This document shows, in pieces, positions 1 through 13,875 of a stretch of 64,000 nucleotides of DNA. Each line of letters starts with the position of its first letter. The first letter of the stretch is position 1. The translations under genes were made by a program, and so were the position numbers. The notes below the pieces were generated by a model that was given only the letters and a program-made list of their open reading frames with translations, was not told the origin of the DNA and ran no database searches. The DNA is from Octopus sinensis (taxonomy: Eukaryota): NCBI RefSeq assembly GCF_006345805.1, contig NC_043000.1, forward strand, positions 84,196,001-84,260,000. The letters run 5' to 3'.

Positions 1-148
1 AAAGAATAGATAAATAAAAAAAAAATAAAAAATAAAAAATAAAAAATAAAAAATAAAAAATAAAAAATAAAAAATAAAAAAATAAAATTAAAAAAAAAAA
101 AAAATAAATAATAAATAAAAAAAAAAAAAATAAATTAAAAAAAATAAA
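1..148. repeat. A-rich simple repeat, mostly (TAAAAAA)n
   Basis: Directly visible tandem 7-mer and poly-A; runs off the window start. Confidence 0.9.
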
Positions 149-240
149 ATGTGTGCACATACATACATAAACACATATACATACACACACACATACGTAC
201 ACATGTGTGCCTATACATACCTACACATACCTACACATAC

Positions 241-289
<49 letters not shown>

Positions 290-611
290 ATCAAATACAG
301 GCCCATTCCCTAATTTTCATTTTATTATCTTCATTTATTACTTTTGTTATCTTTGATCGCTAGGGCTAAGGATCCTGGCGATGGCAGCATGTCCAATTGT
401 CTGTCTACTAGAAGGCAAGTACTCGTTCCCGCACGCACACTCATTAGCACGTACATACACCCATTCGTACACTCATACACATACACGTACGCACGCGTTA
501 TATTCATACGTACAAACATCTACAAACGTTCACGTATATACACATACGTACTCGTACCTACAGATTCATGTCTACACTTTAGGAGGCTAGTCTATATATA
601 TACACCAATAA

Positions 612-643
<32 letters not shown>

Positions 644-1032
644 ACGTATACACATACACACACCACACACACATATATTATATATATACTCCTACATACA
701 GATACATACCATAATATATATACATATACACACCAATACATATACATATATATATATATATTACATACATATCATATATTATATAATATATATATATATA
801 TATATATACATACATACACACACACACATATATATATATATACATACACACACATACATACACCTATATATACACACAAACATATATACACACATATATA
901 TATATACATATATACACACATACATACACACACCTACATACATATACACACAAACACATACATACGTAAACATACATACATACATCCATACATCCATACT
1001 TACATGCATTTATACGCATACATACACCCCCA

Positions 1033-1081
<49 letters not shown>

Positions 1082-1600
1082 ATATATATATACACACACT
1101 CACAACATACATATACAAATATACGCCCACACATACACACATACACGTATACGCATACACGCACATACACATATACATGCGTACCCATACACGTGCACAC
1201 ACGCACATGCATCCATATATATACACACACACACACACATATATACACGTGTGTAAGCATACATACATACTCATACACGCACACATACTTACATATACAT
1301 ATATGCACACACTTACACACATATATATACATACACATATACGTGCATACATACATATATGCATACATACACATACACGCACATACACATATACACATGC
1401 GTACCCATACACGTGCACGCACGCACGCGCATCCATATATATACACACACACACATATATATACACGTGTGCAAGCATACATACATACTCATACACGCGC
1501 ACATACTTACATATACATATATGCACACACTTACACACATATATACATACACATATACATGCATACATACATATATGCATACATACACACACGCGCACTC

Positions 1601-1653
<53 letters not shown>

Positions 1654-1742
1654 CACATATATATATACATATATATACACAAACATATATATACACATAT
1701 ACACATACACATACATGCACACCTACACACACATACACATAC

Positions 1743-1783
<41 letters not shown>

Positions 1784-1867
1784 CATACACATATACACAT
1801 ACATATATACACACATACATACATATACATACACACACACATACACACATACACGGGTACACATACC

Positions 1868-1910
<43 letters not shown>

Positions 1911-2020
1911 GTATACACATGCATATACTTATATCTCTACATACTCACATATAAACATATATATATATACACACACACATATATATACATGTACACACAC
2001 ATACACATATACATACACAC

Positions 2021-2057
<37 letters not shown>

Positions 2058-2143
2058 CAATACATATATATATATATATATACACACATACATACATACA
2101 TACATACATATACATACATCACACATATATATATATATATAAC

Positions 2144-2174
<31 letters not shown>

Positions 2175-2665
2175 TACACATACATACATACACATATATA
2201 CATACACATATACCCCCACATATATACATATATATACACACATATATACACACACACACACACACATACATATACACATATACATGTATACATACGCAAT
2301 AATGATACACATATATACACATACACACACACAGACAGATGCATATACATACATATATATATATATAAATTACATATCTATATAAATACATACATAATAC
2401 ACATATACACACACATATATACATACATATACATACACATATATACATATATATATATATACATATATATACATACATATACATATATATACACACATAC
2501 ATACACATGCACATACATATACAAATATACATACACATACATACACCCACACGCGCGCACATACATATACACACACACATGTACAAATACATACATACAC
2601 ACATTCACACACACACATATATATACATACATGTACACATATACATATACATATATATATATATC
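149..2665. repeat. Long cryptic (TA)n/(CA)n/(TACA)n simple-sequence tract, with a short more complex island at about 290-600
   Basis: Alternating purine-pyrimidine dinucleotide mosaic; source of the H/T/Y/I and V/C/M/Y artefact ORFs. Confidence 0.95.
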
Positions 2666-3131
2666 AACAAGGGAGGGTGAAGTTAATTAGTTATTAATCA
2701 AATTCACCAAGAATTCAGTATGTAAAGGGACCATTATTATTTTGAGTAAACAATGTTAGAGGGAAAAAATTCTCTAAGTAGTGGAAGAGGCTAAAAACCT
2801 TTATTGGCTGCTATTTCTAGAAAGTTTAGTATGTGGCAAAGTAATTTATTTTATTTTACTAAGCCCTAATTATATAATATTTTATACATACATACACATA
2901 CAAAAACACATACATTTACACGTATATACACATATACATACAAACACATATACATATATACACACACACACACACATACAAGCACATACATATATATATA
3001 TATTATATATAATATATAAAATATATATATATATATTATATATTATATATATATTATATATATTATAAATAGAATTGTAAGCTTTCACCGTATATTGACT
3101 GTGGGAAATAGTATAATATTAGGGCATATAT

Positions 3132-3272
3132 AAGGCAGTAAGCTGGCAGAATCCTTAGAATGCCGGACGATATGCTTAGCAGTATTTCGTCTGTCTTTAC
3201 GTTCCGCCAAATAGACTTTGCCTTTCATCCTTTTGGTGTTGATAAAATAAATTCCACTTGATCACGGGGTCA
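3132..3272 (+). mobile_element. tRNA-derived SINE family B, degenerate copy
   Basis: AGCTGGCAGAATC..TTAG head and GACTTTGCCTTTCATCCTTT..GATAAAATAA core, shared with copies at 31681, 50731, 53163-54012 and 59357. Confidence 0.8.
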
Positions 3273-3543
3273 AAATTTTAAATCAATATAAAGGCATATA
3301 AACGGAAAAAATGGGCATTAGTATGTGTACTAATATCCATTTTCTATAGACAGTATATAGTGAAAGAAGACTATTTACAAATTTCACTCCGCACCGTTTC
3401 CAAATTCATGCAGAATCCGCACTTTTGCACATGCGCACGCGCGCGCACACACACACCACACACACACACACACACACTTATAATCGGTAAATTAAATGGT
3501 TGGAAATTTCAAGGATAGTACTTACTAAATTTCTATTGATTAA

Positions 3544-5929
3544 TCTTCTGTCTACCAATGGATCCAATGGACCCATTCCAATTTTTTCAGTTGCTTTTCG
3601 CTACTGTTTATATTATTTGATTCTGCTGACTCTTATTTTTTCTTGACTCTCTTATTTGTCAAATGGGAAATTTTCGGTATGTTTATCATAAAACCCAGAA
3701 AATTTCACTTGATTACCGTATGGGTCCATTGGACCTTCGAATTAAATTCAGACAATACTCTTGTCATTCTAAATAGAATAAAAGCAGTATCAAATATTAT
3801 TTTCCTAGATATTTATCAGATATAAAATAGGTAACATTGAATTCTATTTATTTGCTGAATTTTAGATAAAATAGGAAAAATTATGAAAATATTCCTGTAA
3901 ATTTGTGTGGTATTGCATCGCCTTCAAATTGCTAGGTTATAGGGTGATGCAATATTTCTATGTGATGACGCAATTATTACAATATATTGCATCAACTTTG
4001 AAGAGAGTATATGTGAGAGAGCAATATCTGCCTTTACAGCTACCAAGTTTCATATATTTAAGTTGTGCTTTCCAATATGCCTAGACGTGAAAACTTGAGT
4101 GAAGACCAAATATCAAGGTTACTGGAATTAGATGAAGAACGGAAGAAGACGGTAGTGATTCATTCTATTGCTCTGAAGATGATGGTGAAAGTGATTGTGT
4201 ACTGGACACTTTAGGTTCTGTGTCATCAGATGATGAAGATATTCAAAAACAATTATCTGAAAGCCACCCAATTATGAATGATTAATATGTTTCTAGAGAC
4301 AGGCAAGAAGTTTGTCATTCTAATTCTCTTACTCAAGCAGCAGTGAGAACTTCATCTTGCAATAATGTGCGCCAAGAATGTGGACCATCCCGTTTTGCTA
4401 AAAGGTCTTGCGATAGCATTGAAACGAGTTTTACTATCTTTATGCGCCAGAATCTTCTTGAAGTAACTCGTAAATGGACAAATGTTGAAGGTCAGGTTGT
4501 TTACAAAGATAAATGGAAGGAAACTGATCATTCTGAATTAAAGAAATTTATTGGACTGATTATTCTTATCGGTGTTTATAAATCTAAACATGAAAATGTC
4601 ATACAGTTATAGAGTCAAGAAGATTACACCCCAATATTCAACAACATTATGAGCTGGGGAATATTTCAACAGATTTAACAGGTATTAAAAGAGAAGTGAG
4701 ATGATAAATTGGAGCCCATAAGAGAAGTATTTGAAATGTAGAGTCAGAATTTGCAAGATGGATATGTTCCAAGTTCATGCATTGACCGTTGATGAACTGT
4801 TTCATTCAGAGGGCGCTGCCTATTCTGGATATGTATTCCTTCAAAACCAGGGGAATATAGAATTAAAATTTGGGCAATATGCCACAGTGAAACATCTTAT
4901 GCCTGGAAAATGCAAATCTACACTGGAAATGACTCAGTAAAAGGGAGAGAGACGAATCAAGGTTCAAGAGTTTTTGAAGACCTAGCAAAAGAACTTGAAA
5001 ATACTGGTCGCAATATAACTTGTGATAATTTTTTTACAAATCTAGGATTGGCTCGAAAGCTGCTTAGCAAGAAAACTACTTTAGTCGGAACAATTAGAAA
5101 GAACAGAGTTAAACTTCCAAGTGCTCTCACAAATGGAAAAGAAGGAGAAATCAACAGCACATTATTTGGATTGCAAAAGGATTCTATGATCCTATCTTAT
5201 TGTCCGAAGAAAAATTATGTTGTCGTACTTATGAGTACAATACACCCTCAGCTTTCAGTTGATTCAAAAAGTGCTGAAAAGAAACCTAAAGTTATTACAT
5301 GTTACAACAAACCAAAAGGAGGAGTAGATACCCTACATAAGATGGTAAGGACATACACTTGCAAAAGAATGACTCGACGATGGCCTATGGTTATATTCTA
5401 CAACATGATTGGTATAAGTGCAGTGAATGCTTTCATTGTTGCTAAACAGCTTCACTTGCAAAGTTTCAAGGATAAAAGAAGACAGTGCCTAATTCAGTTA
5501 CTACTAAACAAAAACATGACAAACAATCTTCTAGTTCCGCTAACATTTCTCAACCAAACAAGAATCGAAGACGATCTTTTGAGATTCCTCAGCCAAGGAA
5601 AAAAAAGGCCCCCAAAAGACAGGAAAACTTGTACTACATGTAAGAGTTGTAATATCCATGTTTGCCAAGAACATTCCAATGTTGTCTGCATTCACTGCCA
5701 TGAAGAGCTGTAATTCTGTATTTTTGTAATTTAAAAAAAAATTATAATATATTCTGTAAGCTGTATTTTTCTTTTATTAAAATTTGTGAGAAACAGTAAT
5801 TCTTCATTCACCTGATAGCATATATAATGTAGCTAAGAAATAGTGGTAGTTTGAATAAAATTTAATTAAAAGAAAAATATTGTGTCCATTGGACCCAGTT
5901 GACATACATTTTCTCTGGTAGACCATGGG
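3544..5929 (+). mobile_element. Full-length decayed piggyBac DNA transposon (about 2.39 kb)
   Basis: TTAA at 3540-3543 and TTGA at 5930-5933 flank inverted GTCTACCA/TGGTAGAC terminal motifs plus palindromic subterminal repeats; transposase pseudogene inside. Confidence 0.85.
4077..5713 (+). pseudogene. piggyBac (PGBD4-like) DDD transposase with stops and frameshifts
   Basis: ATG at 4077 (MPRRENLSEDQI, acidic N-terminus). Motifs LKKFIGLIILIG, TVDE, ITCDNFFT, LVGTIRKNR, YNKPKGGVD, RRWPMVIFYN, and a C-terminal Cys-rich domain (CTTCKSCNIHVCQEH..CIHC). Only 4910-5713 remains open. Confidence 0.93.
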
Positions 5930-6023
5930 TTGAAGATAATGAAAAGAGTATATATATATATATATATATATATACGTTTTGCGACCTATTAATCGTATTT
6001 GTACCACCAAACCTATATATATA

Positions 6024-6114
<91 letters not shown>

Positions 6115-6117
<3 letters not shown>

Positions 6118-6516
6118 CGCAGGAGTGGCTGTGTGGTAAGTAGCTTGCTAACCAACCACATGGCTCCGGGTTCAGTCCCACTGCGTGGCATCTTCGGCAA
6201 GTGTCTTCTGCTATAGCCCCGGGCCGACCAATGCCTTGTGAGTGGATTTGGTAGATGGAAACTCAAAGAAGCCTGTCGTATATATGTATATATATATGTG
6301 TATGTGTGTTTGTGTGTGTGTTTGTCCCCCTAGCATTGCTTGACAACCGATGCTGGTGTGTTTACGTCCCCGTTACTTAGCGGTTCGGCAAAAGAGACCG
6401 ACAGAATAAGTACTGGGCTTACAAAGAATAAGTCCCGGGGTCGATTTGCTCGACTAAAGGCAGTGCTCCAGCATGGCCGCAGTCAAATGACTGAAACAAG
6501 TAAAAGAGTAAAAGAG

Positions 6517-6519
<3 letters not shown>
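6115..6519 (+). mobile_element. tRNA-derived SINE family A (CORE-like centre, internal TA/TG microsatellite), near full length
   Basis: A-box-like TGGCTGTGTGGT, B-box-like GGTTCAGTCCC, TTCGGCAAGTGTCTTCT core, (GTAAAAGA)n tail; many homologues in the window. Confidence 0.9.
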
Positions 6520-6551
<32 letters not shown>

Positions 6552-6759
6552 CAGCGACACACACACGCGCGTGCGTGCAAACACGCAAACATGCGTTTTC
6601 ATTCTCTTTGATAGTGTGTTAAATTATTTTCTGATTCGTTTGCACACTTCCTGCCTGCTTACCAATCTACCCAGCCATCTACCTACCTACACACCTACAC
6701 ACCTTCAGACAGACAGATATATAGATAGATTCACACGCACGCACACACACACACACACA

Positions 6760-6790
<31 letters not shown>

Positions 6791-7621
6791 CCACACACAT
6801 ATCGCACCATCGTGCTACATGTTCATATCCAGGCGGTGCACCAGATGTATCAACTGAATAGTGACATTGACATATTCTTTATACCAATTTCAGAATACAT
6901 ACACTTAAGAACGTGCTACACAATATCAGAATATATACAACAGAGACTGTTACACATGATCTGTTCGTTTAATATTCTCTCATTAAATGTGTTAATATTA
7001 TTTTTTGACTTTGCTTTGGTGTAACTGATATATTCTGTCAGTGGAAACTGAAAACGAATGCACTCTGTTATAGATGTGATTATGAATAGAGCAGTTTATT
7101 CAACCGAATCTTTTACATGACGTAATGGACTCGTTTATGCATCACATTTTACCAAAGCCTTCAAAAGAAGCTGTTGAATGAACATTGGGGAATAAACATG
7201 GTGGTTGTTATATGTTTCTGAGCGAAAAAAAGGGTGATATGCACAGTTAGCACTATAATTAATTGAATAACAGTTCAGTACAATCTGTTTTATTATTTGC
7301 TTATTAATTATTTGCAAACCAATAACGTGAAATTGTTGGCTATTTCAATCGTATTCTTTAGATCGATTTCCGTTATTGTTATAAACTTTAGAAATTGGCA
7401 TTGTTTTCCATCACACCAGGAGAATGTCCAAGTTTCGGAGAAATGATCCAGTACAATACTTGTTTTTTTATATTTAGAATTGTAGTTTTGATTTTATGGG
7501 AAACGTGTTTGGAAAAATTATCCCTTCGTTTTTACACAATAACTTTGACGTCATACTTCCCGCAAATAACGGACGTTGCAACCTGTTGTTATTTAACTGA
7601 GGTCTCTCTTTACTGAACAGA

Positions 7622-7762
7622 CATGATCAAAGGCGTTCAGGTCATGACTATCATGTTGTTCAGAGGTATCTAAGAATACATTATCTAATGTGTTCCTAAC
7701 ACCTTATGACGCCAGGGTGTGATTTAGTTGATATTCTCTAGTATGCCTAGTGATCACATAGA
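7622..7762 (-). repeat. Diverged interspersed repeat family E (class unknown)
   Basis: GATCAAAGGCGTTCAGGTCATGAC resembles ATCAAAAGCGTTCCAGTCGTGACC at about 45432. Strand assignment is tentative. Confidence 0.45.
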
Positions 7763-9689
7763 GTTTATCTCGATATTAAGTGTTTATTATAAATGTTAAT
7801 TGTTAAGTGGAAATATCAAAAGGAAGATGAATACAATAGTCGGGAGTTCAAATTCCTCTATAAACATTTTGTTTAGTTTTAGAGCATCTAATTTATGCAC
7901 CTAAATGTTCATAATCAATTCTAATATTCTTTTTTTTTTATATCAGAAATGGTGAGAGATAAAAACGGAAGAAACTTGACAAAATCTCAAACAGTATTTA
8001 GTTACATACTTTTCAGTTTCGTGTTCAAATATCGCATAAGTCGACTGTATTTTTATTCCCCAAATCGATAAACAATAACTGGGATCAATATGATCGAGTC
8101 CCCCCCCCCGCCACTCTCCTAAAAGTTGTCAGCTTAGGTCAGTGTTATACGTTATAATTATTTCATATCATAATGAGGAAATAGAAATTTGAAGTTGGGT
8201 AACTGTTGAAGCAGTTTGTTTATTTTTGTTTTATTATATTTTTTACTTTGCTAAGGTTTATCGAAAGTATAAACATCTCAGCTTGACATTAGCCCTTCGT
8301 ATAAATCCATTTTCACACTTTTATAATGAGATTCTAGATTTAGTGATAGTATTGGAGTGTGTAACGTTCTGACCAGAACTGGTTTATATTTTAACCATCG
8401 TTAGCACATAGCACATTGTCATACATGACCTACTCTATCTAGGTACAAATCGAATTTTGCTAATTTCTTGCGTCAGGATCATATAAGTTAAAATACTGAA
8501 AATAAACCCAATAACTTACAGTCAATGATGATATAGTAAACTGGTAATGCCATGGAAGACAGGATAACACACACACACACACTGATAGCTATTCCAAAGA
8601 GAAACATATTCAAGAAATACCTGTGTTTGAGGTATCACATCTCACCTAGAAGTAGATGACTTTGCTATTCAGTAATAAGTGGTAGCTACTAAATACCAGA
8701 TCAATAAAAGAGGTAGGGATGCTCCTTAAACATCCGCGTTGTGACAGAAAATGCTGAATGTGCTTGCAGGTGTAGATGTCACATTATCCATAACTATCCA
8801 AAAATATCAGCAAGTTGCAGACATATCTTACTGTATTTTGTTCAATAAATTTTATACAACCCCAACCAAGGGTTCTAACCCATACACACACTAAAATAAT
8901 TATTCCATGGATATGCCTAGACTGAAACTTTTTATTTGGTTTCATACCAAACACAAAACAACACGATCATTTCAACAGTTTATTTGACTAAATATATCAT
9001 CGCTTTTATCTAGGGTTATTTCCAGGGTTATAAGAGATAGTGTTGTTTCATCCTAGCATCAGGTATTGCTTGTGATTAGCTTTCATGCTTCATAAAGGTG
9101 AAAGACAATCTGAAAGAGAAAACGTAAATTCTAAACATTGTGGTATCAAATTGTAAAGCATGAAATTTAGATCCTATCTCTAATTTAACTTTGAGCAAAC
9201 ATATAGTTAATTTAGAATGTATTTTATGTACGGCTGTAGTAGAAATTAGCAGAAATTGCAGCAAACCATAAAAATCAGCTTGATGTAATAAAAGTCAACA
9301 CGGTTATCAATTTGCTCTTAATTTTTCGTATCGACGGAAGAAAATGAAATTATTAGCTTGAACATTGTGCTGTTAATGCAATGAAAGTTAATCAGGAGTT
9401 CAGTGAAAATATTAGAACGTTACATAAAATATCAAGACATCACGTAAAATGACAGATGGAGCTGGTTAAAAAAACTAATTGATGGTAGTTTATATTTAAG
9501 TCATTTGAATAAATTTTAATTAAGAGAGAATTTTGTCAAACTTTACAGAAAGATTTTTCACGGACTAGTGAAAGTGTGGCTGAATTTAAAACATTTCCTG
9601 CACAACAGTGATCGTGGACTTTTTTCATTAACATTAGCCTGATGAACTATGTAACGCGCAAACTCTTATTCCAAGATGTATGCACACAC

Positions 9690-9727
<38 letters not shown>

Positions 9728-11118
9728 GCTACACACACACAAACTACACACACATATATACATGCACACAAGTATGGAGACAACATACACATATACATAC
9801 AGAGAAAGAGAGAGAGAGGGGGACGAGAGAGAGAGAGTGAGAAGAAGAGTACCTATAAACTTGTCAAGGGCCTCTAAGACTGGTTGGACGGAGGGAGAGA
9901 GATATCCACGTAATTTGACCCGAATGCTTGCAAAAGAATGCGCTAAAACCACCCGAGACGTACGTGATGATATTAAACCAGGAGACCGATTGAATCAATC
10001 ATTCAAAATGTGTTCGTGTTTGTACGTGTATGCACGCACACACAAGTGAAAATGAAAGTTTTAAAACCGTTTTTATAACGTTGCTACTTGTTTTTCACAT
10101 TGTCAAGTTACATTTTAACACAGAGTTGCATCGCTGAATGTTTAACCAGAAAGCAGTAAAACTGAAATATCGTGCGAGCGTAGATGCACACATACATATG
10201 TACTCGGTCATATTCACTCAATTTGTATTTAGAATATTAGTCTAATTACCTCTCGTACGAACGGTGAAAATTAATGTGAATAAAAATTCTCATTCCTCAC
10301 TTTAATTGAATATTAAAGTGACATACGTTGCATTAATGGAACCTAAGTAATTCAGGAGTTATATGAAAATGCATTTCTGTGTTTTTATGTACATATGTAA
10401 GTGCATATATTTACATCTGCACGCACATGCGTATATGTGTACGTATGTAAGTATATACGTATACATTCTATGAATACATGATGTATTGATTATATTTTGT
10501 CAGGTGACTCTTAGTACAACTAGTAACAAGTATTTCAGTACAACCTGTTGCATGGTCGGGCCATTTGTGACTAAACCGGTAAACGCACCAAGCCTACCTG
10601 GTAACGAATGTGGTTTTCGTTGGACATCTTGCCCTGATAAAAATCAAAACCTATAAAAAGGCGGTTGAACTAGAGTCAATGGCCATCCAGCAGCTGGGGA
10701 TAGGAAGAAAATTGATTTTTAACATCTCTAATATGTGTTACATATTATATCTGGCCGTAGTCGAGAAAGGCAAAGCACTTTACAAAAACATTCCACGATA
10801 CAATGAAAGCATGTGTCAGTGTGCGAGGTAACTCTCTGAACATCTGCTGCAAAAGGCGCCCATCTTTTCCACATCTGTGCAAAAGAGTGTAGGTCACAAA
10901 CAGGACTGAAAGGCTCATTCGCGCTGCTTGTGTCTGAGATCATACTCAAGCGGTAGCATTACACGAAATAGACTTGCAGCCATCATGTACATATATGTGC
11001 TCTATGTGTTTATATGTGTAATATTTGTATTATTTAGAAATGTCTAACATACGTCCTCGCATACATTGTATGCCTTCCTTTCCTCCGCGTCTCTTTATTA
11101 TTCTTCAAAAGCTCTCTT

Positions 11119-11168
<50 letters not shown>

Positions 11169-11505
11169 TCTGTCTCTCTTGTTGATTCGCCACATTATAT
11201 TCTAACACCCTTGCCTCAAAGACGCAATGCACACACTTTCTCACTCTTGTGTTTGCAATAGCACAACCTCGAAAACAGACAAACGTCTCCGTTAAAAGAC
11301 AGCATACAGACTATTGCCAATATTGATTCGTGAAATTGCATTCTTAGGTGAATAAATAAAAGTATAAAAGATACTTTTTTTCAAATGTGTAAATAGAAAA
11401 GATGCACATATATTTTTCTACTAAGTGATACAATAGAGAATGTTTATTCAATATCATTTTCCATAACACTTATAGAATATTTTGTGTGGTGAAGAAATCT
11501 GTGAA

Positions 11506-11660
11506 GGCGTGAAGTTTAATGATTCGGGTATTGTGCACTTGATCATAAGGTTGTGGTTTTGGTTCCCCGACCCAGCAGTGCATTGAGTCCTTCACCAAAG
11601 TACCTGTCATGTTGCTCCAGTTTACTCAGTTAAAGTAGTACGGGTCGAGCACTGGTGGAG
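11506..11660 (+). mobile_element. Old copy of SINE family C
   Basis: Degenerate match to the reverse complement of 13874-14120 (GATCATAAGGTTGTGGTTT, GTTGCTCCAGTTTACTCAG). Confidence 0.55.
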
Positions 11661-11778
11661 CCCACGTGTCTTCCAGTTGTCACATCCTAAATGTTCTGCT
11701 GGATCAAGTGTGCAAGGTTCGAGTGTGGGTCTATGTCCACTCGTTAATACTAAAAGCACCTGAAATAATTACCAAATC

Positions 11779-12165
11779 GGACGGCATACTCATAGGATGG
11801 CACTTCTACCGGGTCATACTCGTAAGATGGCACGTCTACCAGGTCATGCTCGTAGGATGGCACTTATACCGGGTCATACTCGTAGGATAGTACGTCTACC
11901 GGGTCATGCTCGTAGGATGGTACTTCTACCAGGTCATACTCGTAGGATGGCACTTCTACCAGGTCATACTCGTAGGATGGCACTTATACAGGGTCATACT
12001 CGTAGGGTAGCACTTCTACCAGGTCATACTCGTAGGATGGCACTTCTACAGGGTCATACTCGTAGGATGGCACTTCTACCAGGTCATACTCATAGGATGG
12101 CACTTCTACAGGGTCATAGTCGTAGGATAGCACTTCTATCAGTTCATGCTCGTAGGATGGCATAC
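11779..12165. repeat. 30-bp minisatellite (CGTAGGATGGCACTTCTACCAGGTCATACT), about 12.5 copies
   Basis: Exact 30-bp periodicity with units starting at 11791, 11821 ... 12151; substitutions only. Confidence 0.97.
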
Positions 12166-12600
12166 CTACATACATATGTATATTTACATGCATATATGGG
12201 CACAGGACATAAAAAGAACGTGGGACACAATGAGAAACGAAAACATAAAAACAAAAACATAGAAACGAACTTTTTTCGAACACCGAAAAAACCCCCAGAC
12301 AAACGAGACATGTAACATAAATAATATTCCCCTTCTTCAGTTGTCCCTGTTTAATCTACTCCGCATGTAGAAGGTAAGGACAAGACGTGACTTCGTTGAA
12401 ATTGTCCTTCCCGCAAAGCAAATTAAATAAAATTTGGGATTTTTTGCGGAGGGTAAAAGTGGTAACAAGAACAGGAAAGTAAGAAGAAAACAGTAAAAGC
12501 AATCAAAAAGTAAAAACAGTAAAGGACGCAAGATCCAGGATTCGAAGTCACTGCGTTCAAATTTTGACAAAAAATATTTACGATGTGGCTCAGGATCGAA
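12166..12600 (-). mobile_element. Diverged copy of repeat family D (probable Penelope-like terminal region)
   Basis: Shares the exact 23-mer ACACAATGAGAAACGAAAACATA (12225-12247) and CCCTTCTTCAGT with 24401-24840. Confidence 0.65.
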
Positions 12601-13800
12601 CCATGTCCTGGGAGTCAAAGTTTACTGACAGACATTTTCTGGAAATGTGTCGGATGAAATATCCATTTTTGTTTCATGATTATGGTGTGTCATGATAAAG
12701 TGTCTTGATTATGTTGCAGTAATTCTGTTTGAGAAATACGTTAGGGATATGCACACCTGTGAAGCAATGCAAGGCTCATACGCCAATTCCAATGAGCAGG
12801 TAATTCAGTTGGATGAATAAAAGAAAATAAGTGACAGAAAATTCTGACCGACATCCATGCATTCAATTCTCCACTACAGATAGAAGTCTATAGCAAGTAT
12901 GCTGCGAGTGAAAGAACCTGTCGAAACGAGAATATAAAAAGGAGAAAGCAAAGTCTTCAGTGTGAGTATGTGGTCTGTGGGGTCGACCGCGTCCTCCGCT
13001 TCCTTTTTTAGTAAATCACTCATTCTCATTTAATTGTATATATTTTAATTGTTTTTGTATTCATGCGTTTCGTCTCATTCGATACCCTGACCCCAATGTT
13101 TGTTTTGTTTGTCCTCGTATCGTCACCTCTTTTTCTTAACCTCATGATTAATAAAGAAATTGCATGTTTTATCTCTGGAATTCACCTCTGACGTTTACCA
13201 CTTCGGTGGCTTTTTATCTCTGGAAATTACCACTGGATTGTATGACTCACTCCGTGCGTAACATATATGTTTTTTTTTAAATCCATAAAAAAAAAAATAA
13301 CCTTCACTTAGCTTCCTCAACGATATTTTTTCTTCGTATTTTTCTTCTTATGTTTTCTTTCTAATATATGTATAAACATTTTTCAATGTTTAACACCAAA
13401 TTGTTTCTCTCGCTATTTCTCCTTTTTGTTTCTCTGTCAGTTCTCAGTTCCACGATATTATCTTATCCGATCTTTCGTTACTTTTTTCGGATACTGTACT
13501 TATTTTATAACCCCTAACGTTTCACCAGTGTTATCACTTAACTATTTTTCTATCATTTTTAAATGTATTTTTTACTTAATATATTTTTTTCATTTTATCT
13601 TTCTGTTTCGCTGTTCATATTCGTCATCAGTGTCTTCTCTTACCTTCGCTTTCACCCCACCCCATCGCGCCAGTCATATTCTCGTTCCCCACGATTTCCT
13701 CTCGCATACAATACGAATACACGTACACATTATCCCCCTCGCTATCCCATGGAGATACATATACAAATACACACATATACATACATGTTATCTCTAATTC

Positions 13801-13873
<73 letters not shown>

Positions 13874-13875
<2 letters not shown>

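Noticed and set aside
151-2690. Long ORFs of up to 536 aa rich in H/T/Y/I or V/C/M/Y
   Set aside because: Translations of TA/CA dinucleotide repeats, which lack stop codons in several frames. The same applies to similar ORFs at 15-20, 30, 36, 51-52, 56, 59 and 61-63 kb.
11779-12165. CRISPR-like interpretation of the 30-bp array
   Set aside because: Units are contiguous near-identical repeats with no unique spacers; eukaryotic context, no cas genes.
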